From a virus (taxonomy: Duplodnaviria > Caudoviricetes), in the IMG/VR virus record IMGVR_UViG_2974518066_000001, positions 66,139 to 130,138 of that record: a stretch of 64,000 nucleotides of DNA, one strand, 5' to 3'. Shown here one piece after another: positions 24,995 through 35,970 of this stretch. Made by a program: the position numbers and the translations under genes. Below the pieces are notes generated by a model that saw only the letters and a program-made list of their open reading frames with translations, was not told where the DNA came from and ran no database searches. Within the stretch, counting starts at the first letter, position 1, and the number at the start of each line of letters is the position of its first letter.

Positions 24995-25474
24995 TTATCG
25001 AGCGAACGGATCGCCCATTGAATTGGCGCAGCGGGAGAACTCGTGCGCCGCGTTGAGCTGCCGCGTGATGATCGCGACGGTCTCGGTGCCGACTGAAATC
25101 TTGAGAGGCTGATCGCTTCCGATCGACGACATGAGCGCCGTCAGGTCGGTCAGGGCGGCGAGCATGACACCTCTGGCTGTGATGTCTTCGATCACACGGC
25201 CTTGGAGCGCGTAACCGCCCACATTGAAGGCTTTGACCTCGCCTAGCTGTAGGGAATGCCAGCTAGGGTTGCTGATGGCGATCACTGCCTTTCCGGGGTA
25301 GGCGTTAGAGGCCGCGATCGTGACCTTCGCATTCGGATAGTTGGCTGTCATGGCACAGCCGCCGGTGGCGTCTTTGAATAGGCGCCACCCGTCCGGACGG
25401 CCCCACTCAGTTACGGCTTGAGCGCCGACAGTAGTGGGGAGAAGAAGGGCGAGAGCGGATATCAGCTTTTTCAT
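24995..25474 (-). CDS. secreted/periplasmic protein
   Basis: signal peptide, GGAGG RBS. Confidence 0.7.
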   Translation of the reverse strand: MKKLISALALLLPTTVGAQAVTEWGRPDGWRLFKDATGGCAMTANYPNAKVTIAASNAYPGKAVIAISNPSWHSLQLGEVKAFNVGGYALQGRVIEDITARGVMLAALTDLTALMSSIGSDQPLKISVGTETVAIITRQLNAAHEFSRCANSMGDPFAR

Positions 25475-25509
25475 ACCCTCCTCCTATCATCCGGTCGTTA
25501 AGCGATTGT

Positions 25510-26967
25510 TTACGCGGCGGCCGGGAGCGACCGGAAACGAGCGCCCATCTCGCGGACTTCGGTGAAGCCGGTCGGCCACATCAGGCCATGATCCCACACG
25601 ACATCCAGCAGATCGTCCTCGTCCTCGCCCAGCTCGTCTTGCGAGATGGTGACCACCTTGCCCTCACGAATGACGACGGCGAAACGGCCCTTCTTCGACG
25701 CCTTGGTCGGGTCGGTTTTCACCGTCTTCTGGATTTCCCGGACCTCGCCGCCGATGATGACTTCCGAGGCCTTCATGGCGAACCGGTGGGTGTCGCGCTC
25801 CGCCGCGTGGACAAGCAATCCGCCTCCCGATCCGAACGTCAGGTTGTCGATCGACCACTTGTGATAGACGACGCGCTGCAGGATGCGACGCAGAGTCTCC
25901 TCGTTAATGCCGTCGCCCTGAATGATCCGGACAAAATCCGGAAGGACGCGATAACCCTTTTCGTTGGTGGTCGAGCCAACGAGCGAGCCGACCAGATCGA
26001 GGATGTGGACGACATTGATGATCGGGTCGCCGCTATCCGGACGGAGGACGAGCTGCATGTTCGAGCGCTGCAACTCGCCGAGCAAGCCGCCTTCGGCTTC
26101 GGGCGTCAGCCACATGCGGATCGCGTTGTCCTGATCATAGGTGTCGATTACGACCGAGACCGGATTGCGGGGACCGTCCTCGCCCCAGCGGCCGTGGACC
26201 TTGAGGATGTGCTGGAAGAACGCCTTTTCGTTCTCTGCTCCCCACGACGTGGTGACCGAATGCTCGGTCGCCGGGATCGAGAAGCCGGGCATGGCGTCCA
26301 TCGGATAGGCGTGCTTGGCGAAGCGGATGCCCATCAGATTGTCGGTGACTTGGAAGTTCAGCAGATGAGCCATGCCGCCGATCGCCGCCGCTTCGGTCGA
26401 GGCCGCGCCGCGTGCGCCGAAGTCCACCATCTTGAAATCGGTGGTGTCGGGGTTGCCGCTCACGGTCAGATATTCGTGAATCAGGCGCCACCAGCGCATC
26501 GAGCGGGTCGCGATCGTCGTCGGATACCATACCCGCATCAGCAGCGTCTCGAAATAGACGGCCAGCCCGGCGCATTCAGGATCGGTGGATTCCACCGTCG
26601 CGAGGACGGTGCCCTGCGGAACGATGATGCCTTCGGGCAGGGCTTTGATGGTGAGAGGCGGGATGCCGCCGAAATAATCGACGACCCGGCGCCACATGGA
26701 CTCGTGACATTCGACGCCATGGGCGGCCAGCTCTGCGACAGCCTCGTCGATCATCTCGTGCGTGATGCGCTGGCTGAGGAAGTAGGACAGGATATATTGG
26801 AAGCCGAACCACTGGACTTCCTTGAAGGCGCCGCCCTTACGTGCCTCCAGATAGCCATACTGGCGCTCGAACTCCGGGTGCTCGAAGGTCCAGTGGGTGG
26901 TCTTGTAGGTGTCGGTGTTGATGATCGGCTGGTTCATGAGGAGGCCGATGCTCGTGACGAAATTCAT
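25510..26967 (-). CDS. nadV: nicotinamide phosphoribosyltransferase (Nampt)
   Basis: TDTYK, DFGARG, SIPATEHS, LRPDSGDP, IQGDG, FGSGGGL motifs. Confidence 0.93.
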   Translation of the reverse strand: MNFVTSIGLLMNQPIINTDTYKTTHWTFEHPEFERQYGYLEARKGGAFKEVQWFGFQYILSYFLSQRITHEMIDEAVAELAAHGVECHESMWRRVVDYFGGIPPLTIKALPEGIIVPQGTVLATVESTDPECAGLAVYFETLLMRVWYPTTIATRSMRWWRLIHEYLTVSGNPDTTDFKMVDFGARGAASTEAAAIGGMAHLLNFQVTDNLMGIRFAKHAYPMDAMPGFSIPATEHSVTTSWGAENEKAFFQHILKVHGRWGEDGPRNPVSVVIDTYDQDNAIRMWLTPEAEGGLLGELQRSNMQLVLRPDSGDPIINVVHILDLVGSLVGSTTNEKGYRVLPDFVRIIQGDGINEETLRRILQRVVYHKWSIDNLTFGSGGGLLVHAAERDTHRFAMKASEVIIGGEVREIQKTVKTDPTKASKKGRFAVVIREGKVVTISQDELGEDEDDLLDVVWDHGLMWPTGFTEVREMGARFRSLPAAA

Positions 26968-26980
26968 GGATCGGGTCTCC

Positions 26981-28069
26981 TTAGAGGTCGCGGAAATCGT
27001 TGGCGAAGTGCTGGATGACGTTAAAGTGATCCTCGAACATCATCTCGCGAGTCACCTCGTCGATCGGCCACCAGCGGGCGATCTTGGCGTCGTCATGTCC
27101 GGTTACGATCGGCAGCTCGACGCCTTCGAGATGGAGACCGTAGGCCACCGAGATGGTCCGCTTGCGGGTCGAGCGCCACGGATTGTCCAGCAGTTTCTCG
27201 CCACGGATGGCGCGCCGCAGGGTGTCCTTGTTGATCGGCCCGAAATCGCTCCAGCCGGTGCCCGACGTGATGCCGGTCTCTTCGATCAGCTCACGGATCG
27301 CGGCTTCCTTGAAGGTCTCGTCGATGCCGACATGCCCGCCGGGCAGCGCCCAGAGACCGGCGCCCGGCTTCTCGCCCCGGCGAACCAGCAGGACGTGGCC
27401 CGACTGAATGACGCAGGCGTCGGCCGCCGTGAAATAACGCGGGTAGGGGAGCTGAGGGAACTGCGCCAGATATTCCCGCATGAACACGAACTCGTCCCGC
27501 AGACGGAGGAAATCTTCGGTCTGCACCCATTCGCGGAGGAACAGATAGGTGCCGGTCGGGATGGCCTGCTCCCCCATCGTGCGGCGGACTTCGGCGAGAT
27601 ATTCCAGAGGATCGGCCGACATGTAGAGGCCTTCGCGGATAAGCGTCGCGTCGAGGCCCTTGAAGTAGTCCTTGATGGCGACGTTGCCCCACTGCGGGAA
27701 CATCTTGAGATAATAGGACGAGGAGTCCTTGGCATAGCCGACGAGCGCGATTTCAGGCTCGCGGCCGAAACGCAGAGCGTCGGCCTGCTTGGTCACGATC
27801 TTCTGCACGGCGGTGACCCACTTGAGGTCCGTGTCGTGGTCTTCGACTCCGAAGATGAACACGCGGTCGCGCTCGGTCGGCGACAGGCTGGCGCGGATCA
27901 TCTCGCGGACTTCGGCGAAGGTGAAGGGGTTGCGGAAATTGATGGGTTCATTGATCGAACCGACGATCACGAACACATACTGAGCCTTCTGCAAGGCTTC
28001 GCAGATCACCGTCATGTGACCGGCATGGAAAGGGCGGAACCGCCCGGCGAAAACGCAAATGTCGTGCAT
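26981..28069 (-). CDS. nadM: bifunctional NMN adenylyltransferase / Nudix ADP-ribose pyrophosphatase (NadM-Nudix)
   Basis: GRFRPFHAGH, RNPFT, Nudix box GGHV..E..AAIRELIEETG, MFEDH. Confidence 0.93.
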   Translation of the reverse strand: MHDICVFAGRFRPFHAGHMTVICEALQKAQYVFVIVGSINEPINFRNPFTFAEVREMIRASLSPTERDRVFIFGVEDHDTDLKWVTAVQKIVTKQADALRFGREPEIALVGYAKDSSSYYLKMFPQWGNVAIKDYFKGLDATLIREGLYMSADPLEYLAEVRRTMGEQAIPTGTYLFLREWVQTEDFLRLRDEFVFMREYLAQFPQLPYPRYFTAADACVIQSGHVLLVRRGEKPGAGLWALPGGHVGIDETFKEAAIRELIEETGITSGTGWSDFGPINKDTLRRAIRGEKLLDNPWRSTRKRTISVAYGLHLEGVELPIVTGHDDAKIARWWPIDEVTREMMFEDHFNVIQHFANDFRDL

Positions 28070-28157
28070 GTCTGTCTCCCGATTCGTTGATGTGTTGGTG
28101 TGGATACGCATGGGTGGAATCAATGGCAAGTTAAACTAACCCAATAGCGCAAAAAAG

Positions 28158-28550
28158 TTAGCCGTCTGGGATGTGGTTGACTTCGATCCCTAGGTTTTCG
28201 AGGCGTGATGCAAGGTCGCGAAGGACGCTCCGCGCCTCGCGTGCATAGGCCTCTTTGTCGGCGATCAGCTCGTTCTCGTAATAGGCGGTGATCCAAGAAG
28301 TCTGTTCGACAGAGACGCGCAGAACATCCTTCTGGAGATCGGTCAGCGGCTCGCTGATCCAGTCGCCATAGGCCATCTCCCACATGCCTTCGACCGTCGC
28401 CATGATGTCGGAACGGTCGTATTTTGACAGCAGGATCAGCAGTGGATCGGTTGGGTCCGTGGGGATGCGATCGGGACGGTCGCCGATCTCGGCGAGGGTC
28501 CACATGATGGCCTCGCCCATCTTCTGCGTGATGGGGATTTGGATCGTCAC
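28158..28550 (-). CDS. hypothetical protein
   Basis: coupled ORF. Confidence 0.65.
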   Translation of the reverse strand: MTIQIPITQKMGEAIMWTLAEIGDRPDRIPTDPTDPLLILLSKYDRSDIMATVEGMWEMAYGDWISEPLTDLQKDVLRVSVEQTSWITAYYENELIADKEAYAREARSVLRDLASRLENLGIEVNHIPDG

Positions 28551-28807
28551 ATGGCTTCCTTTATGACTTTCGCTGCTGCGGCGCGGGCGGTTTCTTCCGA
28601 TCCGAAAATACGGACTTTTCCCGCATAGTCGCGGAGGTGCTTACCCGCTACAGCTACGGTCCAAGGGCGTTTCGACGAAGCGGTGCTGCGAGCCTTCCCC
28701 GTCGCAGCACCGGCGATGTCATAATAAAGGATGACTTCCTTCCCCTCTATGAGGCCCTTGACATAGTAGCGACTGCCCCCGCCCAGCTTCGTCCAGATGC
28801 CAGTCAT
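28547..28807 (-). CDS. hypothetical protein
   Basis: coupled ORF. Confidence 0.6.
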   Translation of the reverse strand: MTGIWTKLGGGSRYYVKGLIEGKEVILYYDIAGAATGKARSTASSKRPWTVAVAGKHLRDYAGKVRIFGSEETARAAAAKVIKEAM

Positions 28808-29175
28808 CCAGCGCGAACCGACGTTTCTGCGCCCGCAATGCTTCCACTCTCGCGTGCCGCCGCAGCCCATTTGCCGAGCGGCACGTCGGATTTGAAGCTC
28901 AGATCACGTTCGACCGGCAGGCGGAGACGGCCCCGAATGTCCTTGATCTCGTTGAGCGATACGTAACCCAATTCAGGTTCACCTAAACCGAGGTCGCAAA
29001 GCGCGAAGGCAATGTCGGGGTTATGCGGGTCGATCTCCGACAGCAGCCACGTTGCGTTGGCGTCTGGCGTAAAGAGCTTGACGACCGGGGCGTGATCGAC
29101 GGCGCCCGGCGTGGCGGCCGACTCCCGGCCATTTTCCAGCAGCTTCTCGCGGATTTCGTTAGTCAGCAGTTCCAT
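28804..29175 (-). CDS. DUF2958 protein
   Basis: PVVKLFTPDANATWLL..DLGLGEPELGYVSL..VERDLSF. Confidence 0.88.
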   Translation of the reverse strand: MELLTNEIREKLLENGRESAATPGAVDHAPVVKLFTPDANATWLLSEIDPHNPDIAFALCDLGLGEPELGYVSLNEIKDIRGRLRLPVERDLSFKSDVPLGKWAAAARESGSIAGAETSVRAG

Positions 29176-29237
29176 GATTGTCTCCTCAATCGTTTCGCTG
29201 AGAATCGGATAGGGCGCATCTTCTGATTCGTCAAGCA

Positions 29238-30554
29238 CTATGCCGCGCGAATGTCTTTGGTGTTCCGGATTTCGTATTCCGCCCCGTCGTCGCCGTCTAC
29301 GATGTAACCGCAGGCGCCCGTGTCACGCGGGATCACTTCCCTGACGGTGCCGTGGACGGAGCCGCCCAGCCAGCCGTGGCGGTGGCGCTTAATGGCGACG
29401 CGGAGGCCTTTCGGGTGTGTGTTGGTCATCAGCGGAACGTCGCATCTTCGATCGAGGTCTTAGCGCCCGCCTTGATGTGCCGGTCGCGGGCTTTGTCTCG
29501 CGCCGCCTCGGTCGCGTAGCCGAAGGTGTGGGTGAAGGAGCGGTCGGTGACCGTCAGCTTGTAGCGGACCATCAGGCAGGCGCCCCGTAACGCTTGAGCA
29601 TGGTGTCCTGCAGGTGCTCCAGATGGCCGACGATACCTTCCGGCGTGGTGGTCGGCATGGCGTGGAAGATGGTGCGGAGGGATTCGGCGCACAGCTTCAT
29701 CTGCGAGATCGTCATCGTATCCGGATTGAACGGGATGGGGTTCGGCTTCCTGTCGGTCATTGATTCCTCCGAGTCGTTCGTGTTGATTGACTGGTAGGTC
29801 AGTTCATCCGGTCTGTCAATTGCGAGATGACTTAGGCTTCATCATCTCCACTCGGAGGCGCTTCTTGATCTCCAACACTTCGGGGAGGTGGTTTACCTCG
29901 ATGCGTGCCTCGTCCGGGGTCGTGGCTTTCAGCTCGAACATCTCGGTGCGTGTGCCTTCCGATTCGATCGTGGCCTTGATCCAGAAATAGGGCTTTTTGG
30001 TGATGCCGTGCAGGGCGAGTGCGTTCGCTGCGATCAGGTCCTGCCGCTTCTGGATGTAGCCTTCGACGATCGTGGCCTGCAGGGCACCGATCGCGCCACC
30101 CGGCCCGCCGAGGATCACGGCGGCCATCTGCGCCATGACGGCGGACTGATGAAGCGCCTTGTCGTCGATCAGGTAAAAGCCCTGAAACTCGTCCAGCGAG
30201 GGGATGACGACGGCGCCGAAGCCGATGGTGTTAGGCGGGGTCATGGTTTCTCCCAATAGGGTGCAAGTCCCAGAACTCGTCTCCGATCTGTTCCCACTCC
30301 ATCTGGTAGTGCGCCGCGATGGGAGGGATGATCCGGGCAAGAAGCTCAGGAATGTCGAACCGGTAGAGGGAACCCGTTTGGATGTCGAGACTCCCGTCGA
30401 GCCCGTATATGTCGAACCCGATGTCGTAGGAGATGCTGTGGAGGGGGCCGTTATGGTGGCCCAGCGGGCTCTTTAGGAAGCCAACACCTCGCCGCTTTGG
30501 CACGAGGATGCTGACCTCGTGGCGTCCTAGCGCGGCGTAGACCAGCAGCTTCAC
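29238..30554 (-). CDS. cluster of small hypothetical genes (29238-29429, 29572-29760, 29816-30244, 30231-30554)
   Basis: co-oriented, coupled ORFs with RBSs. Confidence 0.6.
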
Positions 30555-30573
30555 ATTCGATCTCCTTGATCTT

Positions 30574-30981
30574 CTATCCCCATTTCAATGGGTCGATGGC
30601 AAGCGCCTCTTCATTGAAAAAAACCCGCTCGATTTTCATCTTGCGGGCGTGTCTGGTGCAGTTTGTGGTCCCGGTCCCACCGGGGAAGACGAGAAGATAG
30701 TCGGGCTTGAAATCGATCAACATCTCCTCGTTCCGGATGCCTCCAGCCGCTTCCCCGTGACGATCCCAATCGGCTTTGTAATCGCGGGTTGGAACGCCAG
30801 CGGCCTGAGCCCACTCCTTGGCGAACCGATCGACGCCAGTAGCCTCTCCTTGGCCCAGCTCCTCGATCTCCACATCATGGTCACGCTCGAACTGGTTGAT
30901 GCTCCGCCAGACGAAGCGCCAATCCTTGTAGGCCCGGCCGCCGGTGACGCAGACGCGGACCCGTCGCTTAGAGAGGGCCAC
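30574..30981 (-). CDS. SLOG/DUF2493 (YspA-like) protein
   Basis: VCVTGGR, GEATGVD, ADWD..G.AAG.IRN, FPGGTGT. Confidence 0.85.
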   Translation of the reverse strand: MALSKRRVRVCVTGGRAYKDWRFVWRSINQFERDHDVEIEELGQGEATGVDRFAKEWAQAAGVPTRDYKADWDRHGEAAGGIRNEEMLIDFKPDYLLVFPGGTGTTNCTRHARKMKIERVFFNEEALAIDPLKWG

Positions 30982-31423
30982 TGGTGGAAAGGGCGCTGAT
31001 CGCCCAGCCTCCGAACAGCGCCAGAACGGCCATGATGAACATGTAGAGCCAGTCGCACCAGTCCACGGCAGAGAAGTCGGGACCGGCGCGGCGCGGCGAA
31101 TTGAGGGTCGCGATCACAGTGCCCCCGATCGGGTAGCACCGAGTTCGCGGAGGACACGGCGGATATCGTTGCAGTGGCGCATCGGGCCGCGCCGCTTGTC
31201 ACCGGCGGAGCGCGGCGAGACCACGAACCGGCGCTGCGTTCCGAACCGGATGAAGGTCTTGCGGTGCAGCTTGCCGGAAACGATCCCGTCAATCTTGGCG
31301 CCCGGCCAGCACGCCACTTCGGCGGCGGCAGCAGCGTCATATTCGGCCATCGGAGAAGCCATCAGAAAGGTCCTATCGGCAAGAGGGTGGTGAACAGGAT
31401 ACAGGCGATCAGGAGTCGGACGC

Positions 31424-32029
31424 TCAGGCCGGTTCTCCGTGCCACCAGTCCTTGAAGCCGGTCGTCCGGTAGCGGAAGAAGCTGGCGACGGCCGAGATGC
31501 AGCCAAGCGTCGTCGAGGCGATCGAGGCGGCGAGGAACGCTGCCAAACACGCCGGGACGGCGGCAGGGGCGAGGACCGTCACCGCCCGGCGGGCGGCGAT
31601 CGACCAGCTCTCCGGATAGCGCAACGTCGAAGCGCGCCGATCGAGCCAGTAAGAAGCGTCGTCGATGGTTTCGATCACGCGGTCGGTCAGCGTCTGCTTG
31701 TGACCGAAGACCGCGTTCAGGACGGCTTCGTCGCTGAAATAGACGTGCAGGGTTCCGCTGACATCGAACACACCGTCGGGGATCGCCGACTTGTCGGTGA
31801 AGGACGAACGGCCGGGGAGGTCGTAGGTCATCGACAGGTTGATGATGTCGCCGATCGGCTGGCCATCGATCATGAGCTGGCTCATCGTGCGGTGGGCGTG
31901 GTCCGCGTCGGTGTGTTCGCGCGTCTCTTCGGAGCCGTCTGCGAAGCCGATGTTGACATATGGCACCAGCGGCGGGTCGCGATCGGTCGAGGGGTGGATC
32001 ATCGAGTGGATGGTGGCGTGGGCGTTCAT
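31424..32029 (-). CDS. hypothetical membrane protein
   Basis: C-terminal hydrophobic segment. Confidence 0.55.
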   Translation of the reverse strand: MNAHATIHSMIHPSTDRDPPLVPYVNIGFADGSEETREHTDADHAHRTMSQLMIDGQPIGDIINLSMTYDLPGRSSFTDKSAIPDGVFDVSGTLHVYFSDEAVLNAVFGHKQTLTDRVIETIDDASYWLDRRASTLRYPESWSIAARRAVTVLAPAAVPACLAAFLAASIASTTLGCISAVASFFRYRTTGFKDWWHGEPA

Positions 32030-32039
32030 GGCGGTCCTC

Positions 32040-32423
32040 TCAGCGAATGGGGATGAAGCAGTCGGTGCGCTGCACCTGCTGGAAGCGGGGAAGGATCGCG
32101 TCAGGGATGGGGCCATCCCCGATCGCCACATCCTCGAAGAACTCGGACGGAGGGCGGTCGAACTGGAGGAACGACACGTCGTGCTCGGTCAGCGAGCCGA
32201 AGGGGTAGAAGGTGATACCGTCCCGCGTCTTTGGCATGTCTTCGACGATCGGGCGGAACACGACCTTCAAATCGTTAGTCTGTTCCGAGATGGTGAAGCC
32301 GGTGATCTCGTAGATGCCACCCTTGTAGTGCTTCCAGAAGGAGCCCACCGGGATGGCCATGGCCGCTTTCCTGCAGCGCTCTGCGAGCTGGGTCAGGGTC
32401 GGGCGTTCGATCGTCTTGGTCAT
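32040..32423 (-). CDS. DUF1653 protein
   Basis: WKHYKGG.Y..RPPSEF motif. Confidence 0.75.
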   Translation of the reverse strand: MTKTIERPTLTQLAERCRKAAMAIPVGSFWKHYKGGIYEITGFTISEQTNDLKVVFRPIVEDMPKTRDGITFYPFGSLTEHDVSFLQFDRPPSEFFEDVAIGDGPIPDAILPRFQQVQRTDCFIPIR

Positions 32424-32507
32424 ATGTCTCCCCTTCGTTCGTGTGGATGCCTTTGCGGGCGATTTTGTCAGTTAAAATAACCCGCAAAGGCAAATTAAAT
32501 CAGACGG

Positions 32508-33489
32508 TTAGACCGTCTCTTCGTCCTCTCGGACGGTATCCGACAGCGCGCCGATCGCCTTGGTCAGCGCGATGATGTCGCGAGCCCGGCGGTCATATTC
32601 GTGCTGGTGCGGCGCGTCGAAAGCGCGGCCCTTGAAGGCATTGGTCAGGCCTTCGTTCTGCCGGGTCATGTCCTGAACCAGCTTGTTCAGCTCGCGGTTC
32701 GCGATGGTGAACTCGGCGGGGGTGAGGGTGGTGGTCATGGCGTTCCTTGATTCGTTCAATGATGAGTTTGAATAACCATCGTGCATAAATGTGTCAACGT
32801 GATTACTCACGTCTTTTTCAGCTTGATGGTCAGGACGGGGCGATCCCGCTGGCGTTTCACGGACTCAGCCACTTCCTTCATGCGATCATCGGCTTCGCTA
32901 AGCCACTGGTCGAGCGTCAGGTCGTTCAGGCGGTAGGCGCCGTAAACGCCAGTCTCCTTGCAGACCTCGGTCCCTGCGCCTGCGAAATAATAATAGCCCT
33001 CTCCCTTGACCAGTTCGAGGCCGGGATATTTGGCTCCGAGCGCCTTGTTGACAGTGCGGAGCTGCATCATGCTGCTTCCCGCGAGGTCAGGTCCTTACGC
33101 GCCAAGACAGGCGTGCGTCCGAAGCCGAAGTGCTTACCGCGCTGGGCATAGTAGCGGGTGGCTTCGGTCGGCTCCCAATCCGGCCCCGTCAAGCCGTAGC
33201 TGATACCCTCGGCGTCGGCGGGGAGTTCACCTCCCGCTGCTGCTCGGATGGCGGGGATCAGCTCCAGAGGATCAGCAGGCTCTTCGATCTTTTCGATGCG
33301 CCAGCCACTCTCGACCTTGACGATCTCAACCCAGCCGCTGAGGTCGTTACCGGACCACAGGTTGCGCCCAGAGTCCTTACCCCACGGGTGTGGGTCATAG
33401 CCATGTTCGGTGAGATACGTGGTGGCGTCACCCCAATACGGGACGGTGAGGGCACCATCATATTTCAGGCTGTGGTGGTCGTAGGCCAT
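32508..33489 (-). CDS. three hypothetical genes (32508-32738, 32807-33070, 33067-33489)
   Basis: RBSs, promoter repeat at 33524. Confidence 0.6.
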
Positions 33490-33545
33490 GGTAATCTCCC
33501 GATTCGCTCTTGATGTGCTATCAATAGGTCGATTCTTCTGGTCTG

Positions 33546-33950
33546 TCAATCAAGCAATTCCTGATCTGCTCCGCCCAGACTGTAACCCTTTTCGTCTGGG
33601 AATATGCCCCGCGTGTCGGGATAGATCACCTGCACCACATCGCCCAGCCCCGGCGGTCCGTTGTGGATTGCCTGCTGCATCATGCTGGCGATGTAGCTGG
33701 TGCTGACGCGGCCGAACTTGGTGGGCATGGTGAACATGTCCACGTCGATGTCGCCGGGCTTGAAGGCGCCGCGAGAGTGCATGAAGGCGGAGCACAGGTT
33801 GAGACACTGGCCGCTCTGCTCCATGTTCATTCCCACGATGATCAGCTCCGGGAGGCCATGGTGCCACAGGCCGATCGTGTAGGCGAAAGAGGGCGTGTCA
33901 TGCACCCACTGGATCGTGATGTTGTCGCGGACCCAGAGGGCGTCTTCCAT
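33546..33950 (-). CDS. DUF4262 protein
   Basis: FAYTIGL..GLPELII.G..Q.IYPD.RG.FP. Confidence 0.8.
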   Translation of the reverse strand: MEDALWVRDNITIQWVHDTPSFAYTIGLWHHGLPELIIVGMNMEQSGQCLNLCSAFMHSRGAFKPGDIDVDMFTMPTKFGRVSTSYIASMMQQAIHNGPPGLGDVVQVIYPDTRGIFPDEKGYSLGGADQELLD

Positions 33951-34138
33951 GGTGATCAAAGGGCGTTCCCTCTCTTGGCCAGCTCGCCGACGCATATCTC
34001 GAACATGGGCATCATCGTTTCTCCTTCGGCGTGTCGATCGGGATGTGCCGGGCGTGTTGCAGCACGATGCACTGCCGTTCGTGGTCGAGGGCTGTCTGCG
34101 GTTTAAGGAATCCCTGTCCGCAGACGCCGCAGTTCCAG

Positions 34139-34834
34139 CTACGACCGCCCATCGGAGTTGTCTTCTATCATGATCGGCAAGGAGCCGCCTGTGAGTTGTT
34201 CAAGCCCGGCGCGCTGGAGAACGCCGGTCATGTAACCGTGGACTTCGGCCTTGGCCGCTTCGACGCTGTTTTCCATGTGCTTGTCGAAGGACTTGGCGAC
34301 GAAGGGGATCGAGTCCGACAGGCGCCGCTCGGCCGCGCGAACCTTGTCCATGATCTTGGAGGCTTTGGCCTTGGGGAGCCCGAGCTGGTCGATTTCCTCC
34401 ATGAGTTTCTTCAAGGCCTCAACAGCATCGGACAGGTCTTCGCGCACCTCGTCTCCGAATTGCTCCGTCCGGGGCGTCGGGTCTGGGAGGCCGGGTATCA
34501 TCTTCCCATCTGCGGTCTGGATCGTGCAGGGCACGCCGCTGCCGTTGTTCAGGGAGGAGACGAACGTCGCCCACTGCGCTTCGGTCATCGCCACTTCGAT
34601 GAAACCATGCCGCTTAGGGAAGTGCCAGTCGCTGCTCAGGTTGCGGTGCAGCTCGCTTTCCGACAGTCGGATCGTGATATAGTGCTGGTGGACGAAATCG
34701 CTGCCGTAGAGGGCGGCACGACCGCTGACGCGCGACGCTGCAATCTGCCCGAACGACGGATGTGTGGTGATCATCTCACTGACGGGAGAATTTTCGACGG
34801 TTTTGACCACCGGTTCCTGAATTTCACGAGCCAT
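34139..34834 (-). CDS. conserved phage hypothetical protein
   Basis: HPSFGQI.ASRVSG..LYGSD..QWATFVSSLN.G.GVPCT. Confidence 0.75.
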   Translation of the reverse strand: MAREIQEPVVKTVENSPVSEMITTHPSFGQIAASRVSGRAALYGSDFVHQHYITIRLSESELHRNLSSDWHFPKRHGFIEVAMTEAQWATFVSSLNNGSGVPCTIQTADGKMIPGLPDPTPRTEQFGDEVREDLSDAVEALKKLMEEIDQLGLPKAKASKIMDKVRAAERRLSDSIPFVAKSFDKHMENSVEAAKAEVHGYMTGVLQRAGLEQLTGGSLPIMIEDNSDGRS

Positions 34835-34961
34835 GCTGGTCTCCTTCCTTGATCAGGCCACGCTCGATCAGATTGTCGAGGGCCTTGCTGATTTCTTCCG
34901 GGCTTTTGTCCAACTCCTGAGCCAGTCGGTCTTCAAGCGCGGCGGTCGTCTTGCGGGGGCG

Positions 34962-35285
34962 TCACTGCTCCACCAACAAGCTAACGTCGGTGTGATAGGA
35001 GGTGCGAGCCGCCTTCTCTGCGTCGCGGAGGCGCTGAGCATATCTTTGCAGACGCTCGCTGACAGTCGCGGGGTCGGCGCCAATAGGGAGCTTACCCTGC
35101 ACTGCTTCGAGATTTCGCCGCCTCGGTTCGTCCGACCACCCGCTCGATTTGAAATAGATGACCATGACGGTGCGATCGGTGGGGTTTCGCGCTATCCTAG
35201 CGACGACGTGAGCGTAGTGAGCATGGGGATGCTCTATGACTACCAAATCGCCGATGCTCAGATTGAGATTGCCAAACTTGGCCAT
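34962..35285 (-). CDS. hypothetical protein
   Basis: RBS, ORF. Confidence 0.55.
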   Translation of the reverse strand: MAKFGNLNLSIGDLVVIEHPHAHYAHVVARIARNPTDRTVMVIYFKSSGWSDEPRRRNLEAVQGKLPIGADPATVSERLQRYAQRLRDAEKAARTSYHTDVSLLVEQ

Positions 35286-35604
35286 GCATTACGCTTCCTT
35301 CTCTTCGATCAGTTGCTTGTCCATGACACGGTGACCGATGATCGCGTAGGCCGCGTCCTTGTGGGTGTAGTCGTGCTGGGCGATCTCGCTCAGGATCGTC
35401 TCGAAGGTGTCAGCCAAGGCTCACCGTCCCGTCTTCTTCTATCTTACCGAACGTCGTGCCGCCGAACATCTCGAACTTCTCCGGGGTCATGTCGTCCGGG
35501 GCCTTCTTGATGGCCTGACGGAGCGCGGGGATGGTGGTGAGATCGGTCATCTTTCCTCCTGATTCTCTGTGTTGAGAATCTGATAGGTCACATCTTCCGA
35601 TTCG

Positions 35605-35970
35605 TCAAGCAGCCTTTTTCGATCGCTTCGCTTTCGGGGCGGGCGGGTTCAGGCAGCGATCGACGAACTCGACGATGCTGTCAATCGTCATGGTGCCGAC
35701 ATAGGAGCCGAGCGGCTGGCCCTCCTTCACGACAGCGAGCCACGGCGTTCCCTTGACGCGGAGAGCCTGACAGGACTGCGGCGCCTTCTCGATGTCGATC
35801 TCGGCCAGCATGACTTCGGGCGGGAGGATTTCCATGGCGTCGTAGACGGTATCGCGGAACGCGAGGCTCGGGGCGCACCAGACGGCGTGGACGAAGATTA
35901 GGACAGGCTTGGAGGAGACGGCGATCCGCGTCTTGAAGAACTCGTCGTCGATGACGGGGGCGTCAGTCAT
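35605..35970 (-). CDS. thioredoxin-fold protein (WCAPS, CxxS variant)
   Basis: PVLI..A.WC.P, cis-Pro GTP. Confidence 0.75.
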   Translation of the reverse strand: MTDAPVIDDEFFKTRIAVSSKPVLIFVHAVWCAPSLAFRDTVYDAMEILPPEVMLAEIDIEKAPQSCQALRVKGTPWLAVVKEGQPLGSYVGTMTIDSIVEFVDRCLNPPAPKAKRSKKAA

